Positions 24,697-36,314 of a DNA stretch of 64,000 nt are shown here, piece after piece. Under the pieces are notes generated by a model. It searched no databases. It was given only the letters and a program-made list of their open reading frames with translations, and was not told the DNA's origin. Numbering within the stretch: position 1 is the first letter of the stretch; each line of letters opens with the position of its first letter. The stretch comes from Dictyostelium discoideum (lineage: Eukaryota). Location of the stretch: assembly GCA_000004695.1 (NCBI GenBank), contig CM000151.3, positions 2,592,001 to 2,656,000 on the forward strand. Direction: 5' to 3'. The position numbers and the translations under genes were made by a program.

Positions 24697-27600
24697 GTTA
24701 TTATTGTTATTATTATTATTGTTATTATTATTATTATTATTATTATTTGAATTTAAATTATTAATATTAATATTTGTTGTAAAATATTCAATTAAATTTG
24801 GATACATTGAAAATATTCTTGGTCTATTAATTTCAGGTAATTGAAATTCAATTGTATTATAGAGTGATAAGATATTAATTGGTGAAATACCCATGATTAA
24901 ACCATTATTAATTGTACCATTAAGACCACCAATACCACCATTCATTGAAGGTTGATTTAAGTTCATCAATGATGGAAAGATTAAACGAGTTAAGAATTGT
25001 TTCATTTCGATTGAATAAGAATTTTGAATTGAAATGGAACAAGTCTTGAAAACCCATGACATTGAAGAGATCAATGCTTCAGTTCTTCTCTCTGATGAAC
25101 CATTGATTGTAATTGCATTTCTTAATATTAATAAACTATCATGATAATAGTTTGGAAATTCCTCTTGAATATATTTGATCATTGGTTTCCAAGTGATTGG
25201 ATCACTTGACATTTTCCAAATGATTTCATGATAACAATCGACCAAATGTGGATATCTCTCTACGAATTGTGAATTCATAACATTCTTTATGATCAAAGTT
25301 AAACATGATTTACTATTTGGTATGAAATCCTTTGAAAGATCTAAATTTGATGAACAACCCAATAGGAAATGAGCCAATGTATATCTTCCACTACTAATAT
25401 TTGAAAGACATAACATAATCAATTGAGCTATTGTCCATTGTACGGAATTACTTGCATATCTAATGAATGAAATGGTTTGATCATAGTTTGTACCAGAGAA
25501 ATCCTCGAAATTGGATTCATTGAATTCCATCATCTTTATAAACTTGGAAAGTATTAAATTTGGATCACTATCCAAGAAAACCGTTGAAATTTGATGAGTA
25601 TAACATTCGAAACTATAGATTAATCTAATTGCACGTAATGAAATAGCTGGTAATTCATGGTCAATCAATTTGGCAATTGACACAATTGGTCTGCTATAAT
25701 CCATATTTGATAAATTAACAACTAAACTCTTTGCATTTTCAATATCGTAAACTGTATTATCAGAGATTAACAATAACAAATCTAAACATTTCAATACTAA
25801 TAAATTAAAATCATCATTATCTTGTTGTTGTAATTGTTGGAATACTAAATTTAAAATTACTCTTGATGAATCTTGATTATAACCTTGTTGTTGTTGTTGC
25901 TGTTGTTGTTGAATTTGTTGTTGAATTAATATTGATTGATCATTTGAATAATCAATTATCTTTATAATATTCTCTAATGTTGTTTTTTTACTTTGTTGTT
26001 GTTGTTGTTGTTGCTGTTGATATTTATTTTGCTGTTGTTGTTGTTGTTGATACAAATTACTAGATAAAGAAGAACGATTTAATTCAATATATAATTGATA
26101 ACATGGATGTTGTTTATCAATTTGAAAATTTTGAATTGATTGATTGAATTGAATGATTGAGAATTCAAATATTTTCATCAAAGTTAAAGCAAATTTCCAT
26201 TTTTCATCCAAAGTATTAAATGATTTTATATTTAATAAATTGAATAAATCCATACAACTATCTAAATAGGATTTGAGTTTCAAAGATTCTTGATAATGAT
26301 TACTCTTATCGAATAGGAATGATGATTGTTGAATCAATTGTAATAACAACTCTAATGATTGTTGAGTGAAAGATAATTCATTTAGCCCACCAATTGCACT
26401 AAGACCACTATTGAATAGATTGGTTTCATTTATTAATCTCCAAATATCAGCTACATAAATTGGATATTGAGAATATGATGTAATCACTGATAATGCACTA
26501 GATTTTAATTTTGAATCAACTTGTGATACTGCAAATTGAAATGCTAATGAAATCAATGGTCCAATCTTTAAAAATACATTTCCAACTGCCATTGAAGATT
26601 CAACCAATCTTGAAATCAATTGGAAAATACTTGAAAGTGCATCACTATCTTTCTCTGATAATAATAATTGTGTAATCTTTACAGGTGATGTTGTATTTGC
26701 TGTATTTGAACTTGTTGTTGAATTTGGTGTATTTGGTGTATTTTGTTGTTGAGGTTGTTGTTGAGGTTGTTGTTGTTGTCCTACACTTTGTTGCATTGAC
26801 GATTGTTGTCCTTGGTATTGCATTGTTGGTTGGAATTGTTGATATGGTGTATTTGGTATTTGTTGGTTATTATAACCTTGTTGTTGTTGTTGTTGCTGCT
26901 GATGTTGTTGGTGTTGTTGTGGAGTTGATGAAATTTGTTGAGTTGTAGTCGTTGATGAATTCATTTGATTCGATTGAATTGATTGACTAAATTCAATACT
27001 ATTTAAAGCATGAGCATAGGATGAAAAATTTTGGAATAATTTTGCCCATGTAAATTGCGCACTACCTTGAGCAAAGAAATTGAAAACTTCATTTGTATTA
27101 CATCTAGCTAATGACCCCATTAATTTAAATGATGAAATGATTAAATCATCATGAATTCTAAACCAAAGATTTTGAAAATAATTAATTTGTTCACAAATTC
27201 TCCAAAATTCAATTGAACTATTATTATGATTATCAAATATATTTGACATTACTAAATTAAATGAATTTATAAATTCCATATCTTATTTTATTTTTTTTTA
27301 AAATAAAAAATATTAATATAAAATGTCTTTTTCTTTTTAAATTTAGAAAATAAAAAAATAAAAAAATAAAAAATAAAAAAATAAAAATACATACTAGTTG
27401 GGTGACTTGATAAATTTGATAAAAATCTACAAGATAAAATATTTATAAATGAACCAAATAGGATATTTAAAGGTGACAATTGATATTCTTGTGTTTGAAC
27501 TGCTTGTAAAAGGAATTTATATGAATCATTTTCAGGGGTAATACGATTATTATTATTATTACTATTACTATTACTATTACTATTACTATTACTATTACTA

Positions 27601-28949
27601 TTACTATTATTATTTTCTTTTGCAATCTATTAAAAAAAAGAAAAAAAAAAATTGTTAATTAATAATAACTTAAAATATTTTTTTTAAAAAAAAAAAAAAA
27701 TTACATACTAAAATTATATTAAAAATTGCATATAATGAAGATTTAATTGGATGTTGGTTATCAATTTGTTTAATTTCATTTTCAATTGAATCAGTTGAAC
27801 TAATTTCATTAAAAGTATATCTTTTTTCAATTGCATTAAATACTTGACTATTTTTAACATTATCAAAAACTGCAAAAATTGTGAAATATAATGTAAACAT
27901 AATTTCAAATAATGATTTCTTTAAAATTGAATCTTCCCTCTTTTCTTTCTCAATTACTTGATTTAAAACTCTGATATATAATTTAATAATATCTTCTTTA
28001 ATTGTAAACTAATAATATTTAAATTTTAAATTTTAAAATTAATATCTTTTTTTTTTTAAAAAAAAAAAATAAATTAATACTTACTTGAATTGAAATTAAA
28101 AATAAACATTCAACAATTTGAATACATTCTTTTACTCTAAAACAACATTCTAATGGATTTACAGTACCATTCATATCTTTAACTTTCTCTTCTAATGTTT
28201 TAATTAAAATTGTTACTATATTCTTATCATTAGTTTGCTCTGAAATTAATTCACCAATAAATGATTGTAATATATCATGTTTCATCTTTGAATGATTAAT
28301 ATCATTAACAGAATCTCTACTTTGTAATGTCTACAATATATATTGATAAAATAAAAAATAAAAAAAACTAATTAGTAAAAGTAATTAATTAATTAATTAA
28401 TTTTTTTTTTTTTTTTTTTTTTTATTATAAAATTTACATGTAATATTTCTCTTAAAAATTGTAAATAGCATGATCTATTTTGGTAAATAAATTTTTCTGA
28501 TAATTCAATTAATTCTTTTTCATCTCTTGTGGTACTCTTTTTTTTTTTTTTTTTTTTTAATAATATAAAAACTAAATTAGTAAATTTATAAATATTATTT
28601 TTTTTTATTTTTTAATAATATTACATACATGATCAACTACTGAATATAAAATTCTGCAAGCTAAATATTCATCAATATTAAATCTATCAGATATTTGAAA
28701 TGCAATTGCAATGAATGGATCTGCTACAGTACCAATGAAACCATTATCTAATGGGAATGACTTTTTTTGAGTGATTTCTTTACGAATTCCAACTGAATCA
28801 TTTCCTTTTTGTTTAAATGAAATGAATTTTTTAGAATCTGTGAAATTTGATTTTTGTGATTGTAAATATTTTAATAATGAACCTGATTCTTCAGTTCTTA
28901 TATTATAATTTAATTTTTGAATTGGATTATCAAATATTTCTTCATCCAT
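21529..28949 (-). CDS. Very large (~2280 aa) alpha-helical Q/N-rich protein, 5 exons. Possibly a nucleoporin Nup205/Nup192-type or other HEAT/ARM scaffold (family not confirmed).
   Basis: Hand-spliced exons (all GTATGT/GTAAGT…AG): A 28629..28949 (MDEEIFDNPIQKLNY…), B ~28085..28330, C ~27709..28008, D 27395..27626 (…IAKENN(NS)n…LSCRFLSNLSSHPT), E 21529..27281 (tool ORF 21529..27279 plus 2 nt). Intron phases are consistent (0,0,0,1). The text and tool coordinates disagree by 1 nt near 28020..28285, so the B/C boundaries are +/-2. Long (AAT)n/(CAA)n coding runs; helical, Leu-rich, repeat-like composition. Confidence 0.55.
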
Positions 28950-28971
28950 TTTTTTATTTTATATTTATATA

Positions 28972-29034
28972 TGATTTGATTTGATTTGATTTGATTTGAT
29001 TTGATTTGATTTGATTTGATTTGATTTTTTCGTT
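28972..29034. repeat. (GATTT)n pentanucleotide microsatellite, ~12 units, in the divergent promoter between the 28949(-) and 29919(+) genes
   Basis: atgatttgatttgatttgattt… read directly. Confidence 0.9.
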
Positions 29035-29202
29035 TAAAAATCTATATGAATATGAAATAATGAAAGAAGGGTGTTTTTTATTTGTGCTTGTTAAATTTAA
29101 AATTTATGTAAAACACCCTTTATCATACAAGTTTGATGATCATCAAAAATGAAAAATGAAAAAAAAAAAAAATAAAAAAAAAAAATGAATTTTTTCAAAA
29201 AA

Positions 29203-29233
<31 letters not shown>

Positions 29234-29918
29234 CGCTCTTTTGTCGAAAAATTAAATAAAAAAATATAAAAAAATTATAAAAAAAAAAAAATAAACAAAT
29301 AAAAAAAAAAAAAAATTACTATATTTATCTAAACACACTTTATTGAATGAATCTCAAAAAAATGCCCACCTCAAAGTACATAAATTTTAAAAATAATATC
29401 AATGATTGTGTTTCAATGAATAATCATATCTGTTTTAAAAATGATATTTTTCAAAAAAAAAAAAAAAAAACAAAAAAAAAAAAATAATAATAATAATCAT
29501 TTTTATTTTATTAATTATTGCAGTGCATTAATTTATTTATATTTTTATTATTTTTTAAACTAAAACAATAAAATAAAAAAAATAAATAAAAATAGAAAAA
29601 TAATTAAAATGAAAATAAATAAAGAATTAAAACCGACAAAAAAAAAAAAAAAAAAAACCTAAAAATATCTGAAAAATCTTTTTTATTTTCTCCTACTGGC
29701 CAATAATATTTTTTTTTTTTTTTTTTTAAATTTCATTTTTTTGTCATTTTTTTTTGATTGTTTTTGTTTGTCTTTGATTTTATTATTTTATTTTTTTTTT
29801 TTTTTTTTTGTCTTATGTGCTTTTTTTATTCATATTATATAAATTACATTTATGTATAATCACACACACACTAAAAATTAATAAATAAAAACATCAAAAA
29901 AAAAAAAAAAAAAAAAAA

Positions 29919-30635
29919 ATGAAATCAATCACTTTTATTATTGTTTTAATTTTTGTTGGTTGTGTTTTTAGTGTTTCTGTCAATAATAAAAATTTGATTT
30001 CAATTGTTGGAAAACATCATAAAGACGATAGTAGTACTGGCAGTAGTACTGAATCAACCTCAACTTTTCAATCTGGTAATATTTTATTAACAGATCCAAC
30101 TTCTTTAAATCCAAACCAATTTTATGAATTTACAACAAGTGGTGATTCAATTTATAATTATACAACATTTTTATCAACTGTAAATATATTTATAAACAAA
30201 AAAAGAAAAAAAAAAAAGAAAAAAAAAGAAAAGAAAAGTGTTTAGAAAATTAATAATTTTATTAATATATTCATCCTCTGATATAACATATAAAATCACA
30301 AAAAAAAAAAAAAAAAAATATATATACATAGAATGAATCAGAAAGATGTGTACCAGTTGATATGGGATTTTTAGGATCAACATTATTATTATTAGATGCA
30401 CATCAAGGTGTTTATCAAGCTAATGAAAATGGAGTTGTTAAAGGAGTTTGGAATAATTTAAAAACCAACACTAAAGGTAAAGTTGGTTGTGGACTTTCAA
30501 GATTAAATGTTGACCAACTAAATAATAAAGTTTACATTGCAAGTTTAAATAGTAATTGTGATTATTCTTATCAACCAGCAGTATTTGTTTATACAACCGT
30601 AAGTTTATTAAATAAAATTAAATTAGTAAAAATAA

Positions 30636-30679
<44 letters not shown>

Positions 30680-31505
30680 TTTTTTTTTTAAAAAAAAAAA
30701 GGATGGAAACTTAGATTTTATAATTTCAAATTCAGAATTTAATACAACAACTGGTATTGCAGGTGATAGTGATGGTAATATTTGGATTACAGATATAAAT
30801 GTAATTTATGTTTATGATAATTCTGGTAAATTATTAAAACAATTTAATCCAATCAATGAGAATGATAGAATAGCTTATAATGGTATAACCATTTCACAAG
30901 ATTCTCAAGATAGTATCTACGTTTCAGTACCATCCTATCAAGGTGATATGATCATTCAAATTAGTAAATCTGGTGAATTAATTAGATCAATTAAATTAAT
31001 TGGTATTTTTAATGGTCAAGTTAGTGGTTTACCTGGTTCATTAGCATTAACTAAAAATCATATTTATGTTGAAGTACCATATGCTTCTAAAAAAGAAAAT
31101 CCACCATCATCATCAGAATCATCATCATCAGAATCATCCGAGTCATCATCAGAATCATCATCAGAATCAAGTGGATTTTCAACTGGTTCAGCATCAGGCT
31201 CAGCATCAGGTTCATCAGGTACATCAGGTACATCAGGTACTGGACTTTCATCACCATTATCATTTGGTGGACATGGTAGTTTTAAAAATATTCAAAGAAA
31301 TGGAAATGATGGTGGTGATGATGATGAATTTTATTTTGGATCAGAATCAACATCTGATTCAGAATCATCCCATAAAGCTAAAACAGATATTATTCAATCT
31401 TATAATTTAGCTGATGGTTCTTTCAATAAGGCATGGGGTGGTCATAGTTGTAATCCAAAGAATATACTTTGTATTCCATTTAGTGGTTTTGTAATTGTCC
31501 CATAA
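29919..31505 (+). CDS. Secreted NHL-repeat (six-bladed beta-propeller type) protein with Ser-rich acidic tail, 3 exons, ~443 aa
   Basis: Signal peptide MKSITFIIVLIFVGCVFSVS. Exons 29919..30179 (donor |GTAAAT), 30332..30598 (acceptor catag|, donor |GTAAGT), 30702..31505 (acceptor aaaaag|). NHL-like repeats (GIAGDSDGNIWITDINVIYVYDNSGKLLKQF; YNGITISQDSQDSIYVS; SGLPGSLALTKNHIYVEV). (SSSE)n/(SGS)n low-complexity tail. TAA stop. Confidence 0.7.
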
Positions 31506-31575
31506 GAAAAAACAAAAACAAAAATAAATAAAATAAAATTTATTATTTAATTTATTTATTTATTTGTTTGTTTAT

Positions 31576-32496
31576 TTACAATTCTAATAATTCTTTTTTT
31601 GATGGTGCAAAATAAAAACTACCAGTTACTGGTGTTGTATATTTTAAGAGTAGGTCATGTTTACCATCTAATTGACCAAACATACTTTGAAGTTGTTTTT
31701 CAATATTATGTAAACTACAAGCGTATGCTATAAACATCAGACCTTTTTCACCAGTAATTTGACCATAGGGGAGAGATTGCCTAACTATTTTCAAATCTTT
31801 ACCATTTTCACTTAGATCAGTACGTGAAACATGTGAAGTAATTGGACGTTTATCTCTTGGTATTTCAATTGAATCTTTTTTAGTTCTTCCAACTGTATCT
31901 TGCTGAACTGATAATGGTTCAGGATACCATTTCTTTAAGTTGTGAACATACCGTTGAGTGAAAACGTAACTGCCAAATTCATTTGGCTGGCCGGCTGCAA
32001 CGAGACCATATTGTGTACGCAGTTCGTCACCGTCAGGATTTTCAGTACCGTCGATGAAGTCGGTCAAATCTCTTTCTTCAACTCTACGAAATCCGTGAAT
32101 CTCTTGCTTGATATCTAATTGATCTTCACCGAAATTTCTCATTGTATCTTGTGCTAGTTTAAAGCACGTATCCATTCTATCAGAGATAATATGAATGAGG
32201 ATGTCTCTTTGAGATGTGCCTGGCATGTATGAACTTAAAGTGTTTACGGATTTCAATTCTTTTGGTTTTGATATTTTCTTTGTTACAGTGTCCCAAATAT
32301 CAGAACTAAAACAAATTGCACCTCCAATTCTAGATTGTGGTGATATCTTATCGATTTCATCCAATTCTAATGTAAATTTCTTTATATTATCTTTAAATTT
32401 CTTTAATCCCTCTTGGTCATTTTTTTGAATTTTTAAATTTCCTTCTAAAAATATGCCATATAAACAATGCATTGGTAACACTGTTGACTGTGCCAT
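31576..32496 (-). CDS. Dye-decolorizing (DyP-type) haem peroxidase, 306 aa, single exon
   Basis: The ORF shows the DyP GXXDG motif (FIDGTENP) and a conserved distal Arg/Asp context. Length and architecture typical of class B/P DyPs. D. discoideum is known to encode a DyP of this size. Confidence 0.85.
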   Translation of the reverse strand: MAQSTVLPMHCLYGIFLEGNLKIQKNDQEGLKKFKDNIKKFTLELDEIDKISPQSRIGGAICFSSDIWDTVTKKISKPKELKSVNTLSSYMPGTSQRDILIHIISDRMDTCFKLAQDTMRNFGEDQLDIKQEIHGFRRVEERDLTDFIDGTENPDGDELRTQYGLVAAGQPNEFGSYVFTQRYVHNLKKWYPEPLSVQQDTVGRTKKDSIEIPRDKRPITSHVSRTDLSENGKDLKIVRQSLPYGQITGEKGLMFIAYACSLHNIEKQLQSMFGQLDGKHDLLLKYTTPVTGSFYFAPSKKELLEL

Positions 32497-32604
32497 TTTA
32501 AAATTTAAAAATTTACTGTTATTAATATTAACAGTACCAGTGAAAGATCTTTTAATTAATCTATTAATTTTTAAAAAATAATTATAAAATTATAATAATA
32601 TTAA

Positions 32605-32644
<40 letters not shown>

Positions 32645-32742
32645 TGTTTGAAAAATAATAAAAATAAAAATAAAAAAAACTAAAAATAATAGTTTTGTGT
32701 TTTCTGTTGGGTGGTGGAATAAAAAAAATAAAAAAATTAAAT

Positions 32743-32779
<37 letters not shown>

Positions 32780-32830
32780 AAAATATAAAAATAAATAATA
32801 TTGGGTTAGAAATAATATAAGATTAATATT

Positions 32831-32881
<51 letters not shown>

Positions 32882-32888
32882 CGTATTT

Positions 32889-32920
32889 ACATGTGTTAAT
32901 TTAATTAAATTAACACATGT
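32889..32920. promoter_or_regulatory. Perfect 32-bp palindrome in the divergent DyP / ammonia-lyase promoter region
   Basis: acatgtgttaatttaa|ttaaattaacacatgt, exact reverse-complement halves. Lies between a T45 tract (32832..32880) and the 33067 ATG. Confidence 0.6.
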
Positions 32921-33066
32921 TAAATTATCTTTATATATTTTTTTTATTTTTTATTTTTTAAACACTTTTTTATAAATAAAAATTTAATATTAAATTTTAA
33001 AAAAAAAAAAAAAAAAAAAGAATATATAATTACTATTAAATTTAAAATCCAAAAAATTTTAAAAAA

Positions 33067-34656
33067 ATGATAGAAACAAACCATAAAGATAATTTTTTAA
33101 TTGATGGTGAAAATAAAAATTTAGAAATTAATGATATTATTAGTATTAGTAAAGGTGAAAAAAATATTATTTTCACTAATGAATTATTAGAATTTTTACA
33201 AAAAGGAAGAGATCAATTAGAAAATAAATTAAAAGAAAATGTTGCAATTTATGGTATAAACACTGGTTTTGGTGGTAATGGTGATTTAATAATTCCATTT
33301 GATAAATTAGATTATCATCAAAGTAATTTATTGGATTTTTTAACTTGTGGCACTGGTGATTTTTTTAATGATCAATATGTTAGAGGTATACAATTTATTA
33401 TTATAATTGCACTTTCAAGAGGTTGGTCAGGTGTTAGACCAATGGTAATTCAAACATTGGCTAAACATTTAAATAAAGGTATAATTCCACAAGTACCAAT
33501 GCATGGATCAGTAGGGGCAAGTGGTGATTTAGTACCTTTGAGTTATATTGCTAATGTGCTATGTGGAAAAGGTATGGTGAAGTATAATGAAAAATTAATG
33601 AATGCTTCAGATGCCTTAAAAATTACATCTATTGAACCACTAGTTTTAAAATCAAAAGAAGGTTTGGCATTAGTAAATGGTACAAGAGTAATGAGTTCAG
33701 TTAGTTGTATTTCAATTAATAAATTTGAAACTATTTTTAAAGCTGCAATTGGTAGTATCGCATTGGCAGTTGAAGGTTTATTAGCTTCAAAAGATCATTA
33801 CGATATGAGAATTCATAATTTAAAAAATCATCCAGGTCAAATTTTAATTGCACAAATTTTAAATAAATATTTTAATACTAGCGATAATAATACCAAAAGC
33901 AGTAATATTACATTCAATCAATCTGAAAATGTTCAGAAATTGGATAAATCAGTACAAGAAGTTTATTCATTACGTTGTGCTCCACAAATTTTGGGTATAA
34001 TATCTGAAAATATAAGTAATGCAAAAATTGTAATAAAAAGAGAAATTTTATCAGTTAATGATAATCCATTAATTGATCCTTATTATGGTGATGTATTAAG
34101 TGGTGGTAATTTTATGGGTAATCATATTGCTAGAATAATGGATGGTATTAAATTGGATATATCTTTGGTTGCCAATCATTTACATTCATTAGTTGCTTTA
34201 ATGATGCATAGTGAATTCTCTAAAGGTTTACCAAATTCCCTAAGTCCAAATCCTGGAATTTATCAAGGTTATAAAGGAATGCAAATTTCTCAAACTTCAT
34301 TAGTAGTTTGGTTAAGACAAGAAGCCGCACCTGCTTGTATACATAGTTTAACAACTGAACAGTTTAATCAAGATATTGTTAGTTTAGGATTACACTCTGC
34401 AAATGGTGCTGCATCAATGTTAATTAAACTATGTGATATTGTTTCAATGACTTTAATCATAGCTTTTCAAGCCATTAGTCTTAGAATGAAATCTATTGAA
34501 AATTTTAAATTACCAAATAAAGTCCAAAAACTTTATTCTTCAATTATAAAAATTATTCCAATACTTGAAAATGATAGAAGAACTGATATTGATGTTAGAG
34601 AAATTACAAATGCAATACTTCAAGATAAACTTGATTTTATTAATTTAAATTTATAA
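33067..34656 (+). CDS. Aromatic amino acid ammonia-lyase family enzyme (histidine ammonia-lyase-like, MIO cofactor), 529 aa
   Basis: INTGFGG motif and the MIO-forming Ala-Ser-Gly triad in GSVGASGDLVPLSYIA. Length typical for HAL. Single exon. Confidence 0.8.
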   Translation: MIETNHKDNFLIDGENKNLEINDIISISKGEKNIIFTNELLEFLQKGRDQLENKLKENVAIYGINTGFGGNGDLIIPFDKLDYHQSNLLDFLTCGTGDFFNDQYVRGIQFIIIIALSRGWSGVRPMVIQTLAKHLNKGIIPQVPMHGSVGASGDLVPLSYIANVLCGKGMVKYNEKLMNASDALKITSIEPLVLKSKEGLALVNGTRVMSSVSCISINKFETIFKAAIGSIALAVEGLLASKDHYDMRIHNLKNHPGQILIAQILNKYFNTSDNNTKSSNITFNQSENVQKLDKSVQEVYSLRCAPQILGIISENISNAKIVIKREILSVNDNPLIDPYYGDVLSGGNFMGNHIARIMDGIKLDISLVANHLHSLVALMMHSEFSKGLPNSLSPNPGIYQGYKGMQISQTSLVVWLRQEAAPACIHSLTTEQFNQDIVSLGLHSANGAASMLIKLCDIVSMTLIIAFQAISLRMKSIENFKLPNKVQKLYSSIIKIIPILENDRRTDIDVREITNAILQDKLDFINLNL

Positions 34657-34942
34657 AATAATAATTAATAGTACAACAAAAAATATAATAAAATATAATT
34701 TTAATAGAAACAGTTAATAACTTTTATTTTATTTTATTTTATTATAAAAGGAGGTGATTTTGTATAGTTTAGAGGGATACTGTGGTTGATTGAGATTTAT
34801 TGAGTGTTTCAATTTTATTTTCAACAATTGAAATTTTTCTTAATAACATTTCTTTCTTAAATTTTAATTTTTCAAGTTTTTGTGAACTAGCTTGACTATG
34901 ATCAGATTCATTTTGGAGTTTTGGTTTGACATTGGTTTCAAC

Positions 34943-35719
34943 TTAAGAAATTAAATTTGTATTACAATCATTTAAACGATTTCTACGATAATGATGACAG
35001 TATGGTTTTTTAGTATTTTGTCCAACTTGAACATTTTCACTTTTGGTGTTTTTAAACTCATTATAATTTAATGTTTGTGATTTTTCTTGATTTTGAATTG
35101 AACGAATTTCTTTTTTTGATTTTGGGGTTTCAGATGACTTTTTTAATTTTCTAATTAATTCTCTTAATTCTTTAATTGATTTTTTAACATCATCACCATT
35201 ATTTGTTGAAGTAGTTGTAGTAGTGGTGGAGGCAACTGAAGGAGCTTGGATTTGAGTTTGACTTGAGTTTGTGGTATTTGTAGTTGTGACACATTGCTCG
35301 TCACTGTCATTTGTTGAAGTGGTTGTAGTAGTGGAGGTAACTGAAGGAACTTGGTTTTGGGTTTGATTTGAATTTGTAGTATTTGTAGTTGTAACACTTT
35401 GTTCATCACTATCATTTGTTGAGGTGGTTGTAGTAACTGAAGGAACTTGGATTGGATTTATATTTGTAGCACTTTGTTCAGTGGTTTTGGAACTACCAGA
35501 TTGACTTTTATTTTCAAGTCTTAATTTTCTTTTATCTCCACGATATTGTTTCTTAATTAATGAAATATATTCCTTAATTTCTTCTCTGGTTTTTGGAACA
35601 CCATCAGATGAGTTTTTAAATTGATCAATAAGTTCACCAATTTCTTTTCTATTCTTTGGACAAACAAAATTTGAATTAAATTGAATTGAACCAGTATTAG
35701 TATTGTCAACAGCTGTCAT
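34943..35719 (-). CDS. Hypothetical Thr/Ser-rich protein containing 2.5 tandem ~33-aa (99-nt) coding repeats
   Basis: Single ORF. Repeats QVPSVTTTTSTNDSDEQSVTTTNTTNSNQTQN / QVPSVTSTTTTTSTNDSDEQCVTTTNTTNSSQTQI visible at DNA level around 35200..35450. Basic C-terminus (KKSIKELRELIRKLKK). Confidence 0.5.
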   Translation of the reverse strand: MTAVDNTNTGSIQFNSNFVCPKNRKEIGELIDQFKNSSDGVPKTREEIKEYISLIKKQYRGDKRKLRLENKSQSGSSKTTEQSATNINPIQVPSVTTTTSTNDSDEQSVTTTNTTNSNQTQNQVPSVTSTTTTTSTNDSDEQCVTTTNTTNSSQTQIQAPSVASTTTTTTSTNNGDDVKKSIKELRELIRKLKKSSETPKSKKEIRSIQNQEKSQTLNYNEFKNTKSENVQVGQNTKKPYCHHYRRNRLNDCNTNLIS

Positions 35720-35868
35720 TTTTTTTTTTTTTTTTTTTTTTTAAGAATTTGTTTTAAAATTTATTGTTTTTAGTTTATTTGTTTTTGAAATGATTTTTTT
35801 TTTTTTCAATACATAATTGGTATTTATATTGTTTTTTTTTTTTTTTAAGAATTTGTTAAAATAAAACT

Positions 35869-36122
35869 TGAAAAAATAAGAGAAAAAATCCCAACGTTAC
35901 CACCCAAACTTTTAAAAAATGAGTAACGTTTAATTATTTGAAAATGAGAAAAAATTAAGAAAGTTAAAAATAAATGAAATTTTTGAAAAAATGAGAGAAA
36001 AAATCCCATGGTTACCTCACAATTTTTTAAAAAATGAGTAACGTTCAATTATTTGAAAATGTTAAAAAATTTAAAAAGTTAAAAATAGATGAAATTTTTG
36101 AAAAAATGAGTATCGTTTAAGA
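35869..36122. repeat. Intergenic tandem repeat, ~116-bp unit x 2.2 copies (~88% identical), containing the reiterated motif AAAAATGAGTA(A/T)CGTT
   Basis: Copy 1 35869..35984, copy 2 35985..36099, partial 36100..36122, each beginning tgaaaaaatgag/taagag. Located 150-400 bp upstream of the 35719(-) start and immediately 3' of the oxidase gene ending at 36315. Confidence 0.8.
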
Positions 36123-36138
36123 ATTAGTTTAAAATAAA

Positions 36139-36190
<52 letters not shown>

Positions 36191-36314
36191 TTATAATAAT
36201 TTATTGTAATAATAACATTTAAATATTTGTTTTTTAAATTAATTAAAATTTAAAAAAACTTTTCTTTTTTTTTATTTTATTATTACTTTTTTTTTAATAT
36301 TACTTTTTTTTTTT

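Noticed and set aside
35164-35415. 83-aa ORF (MIVMNKVLQLQ…)
   Set aside because: Alternate frame of the coding tandem repeats inside the 34943..35719 gene. Periodic repeats keep several frames open.
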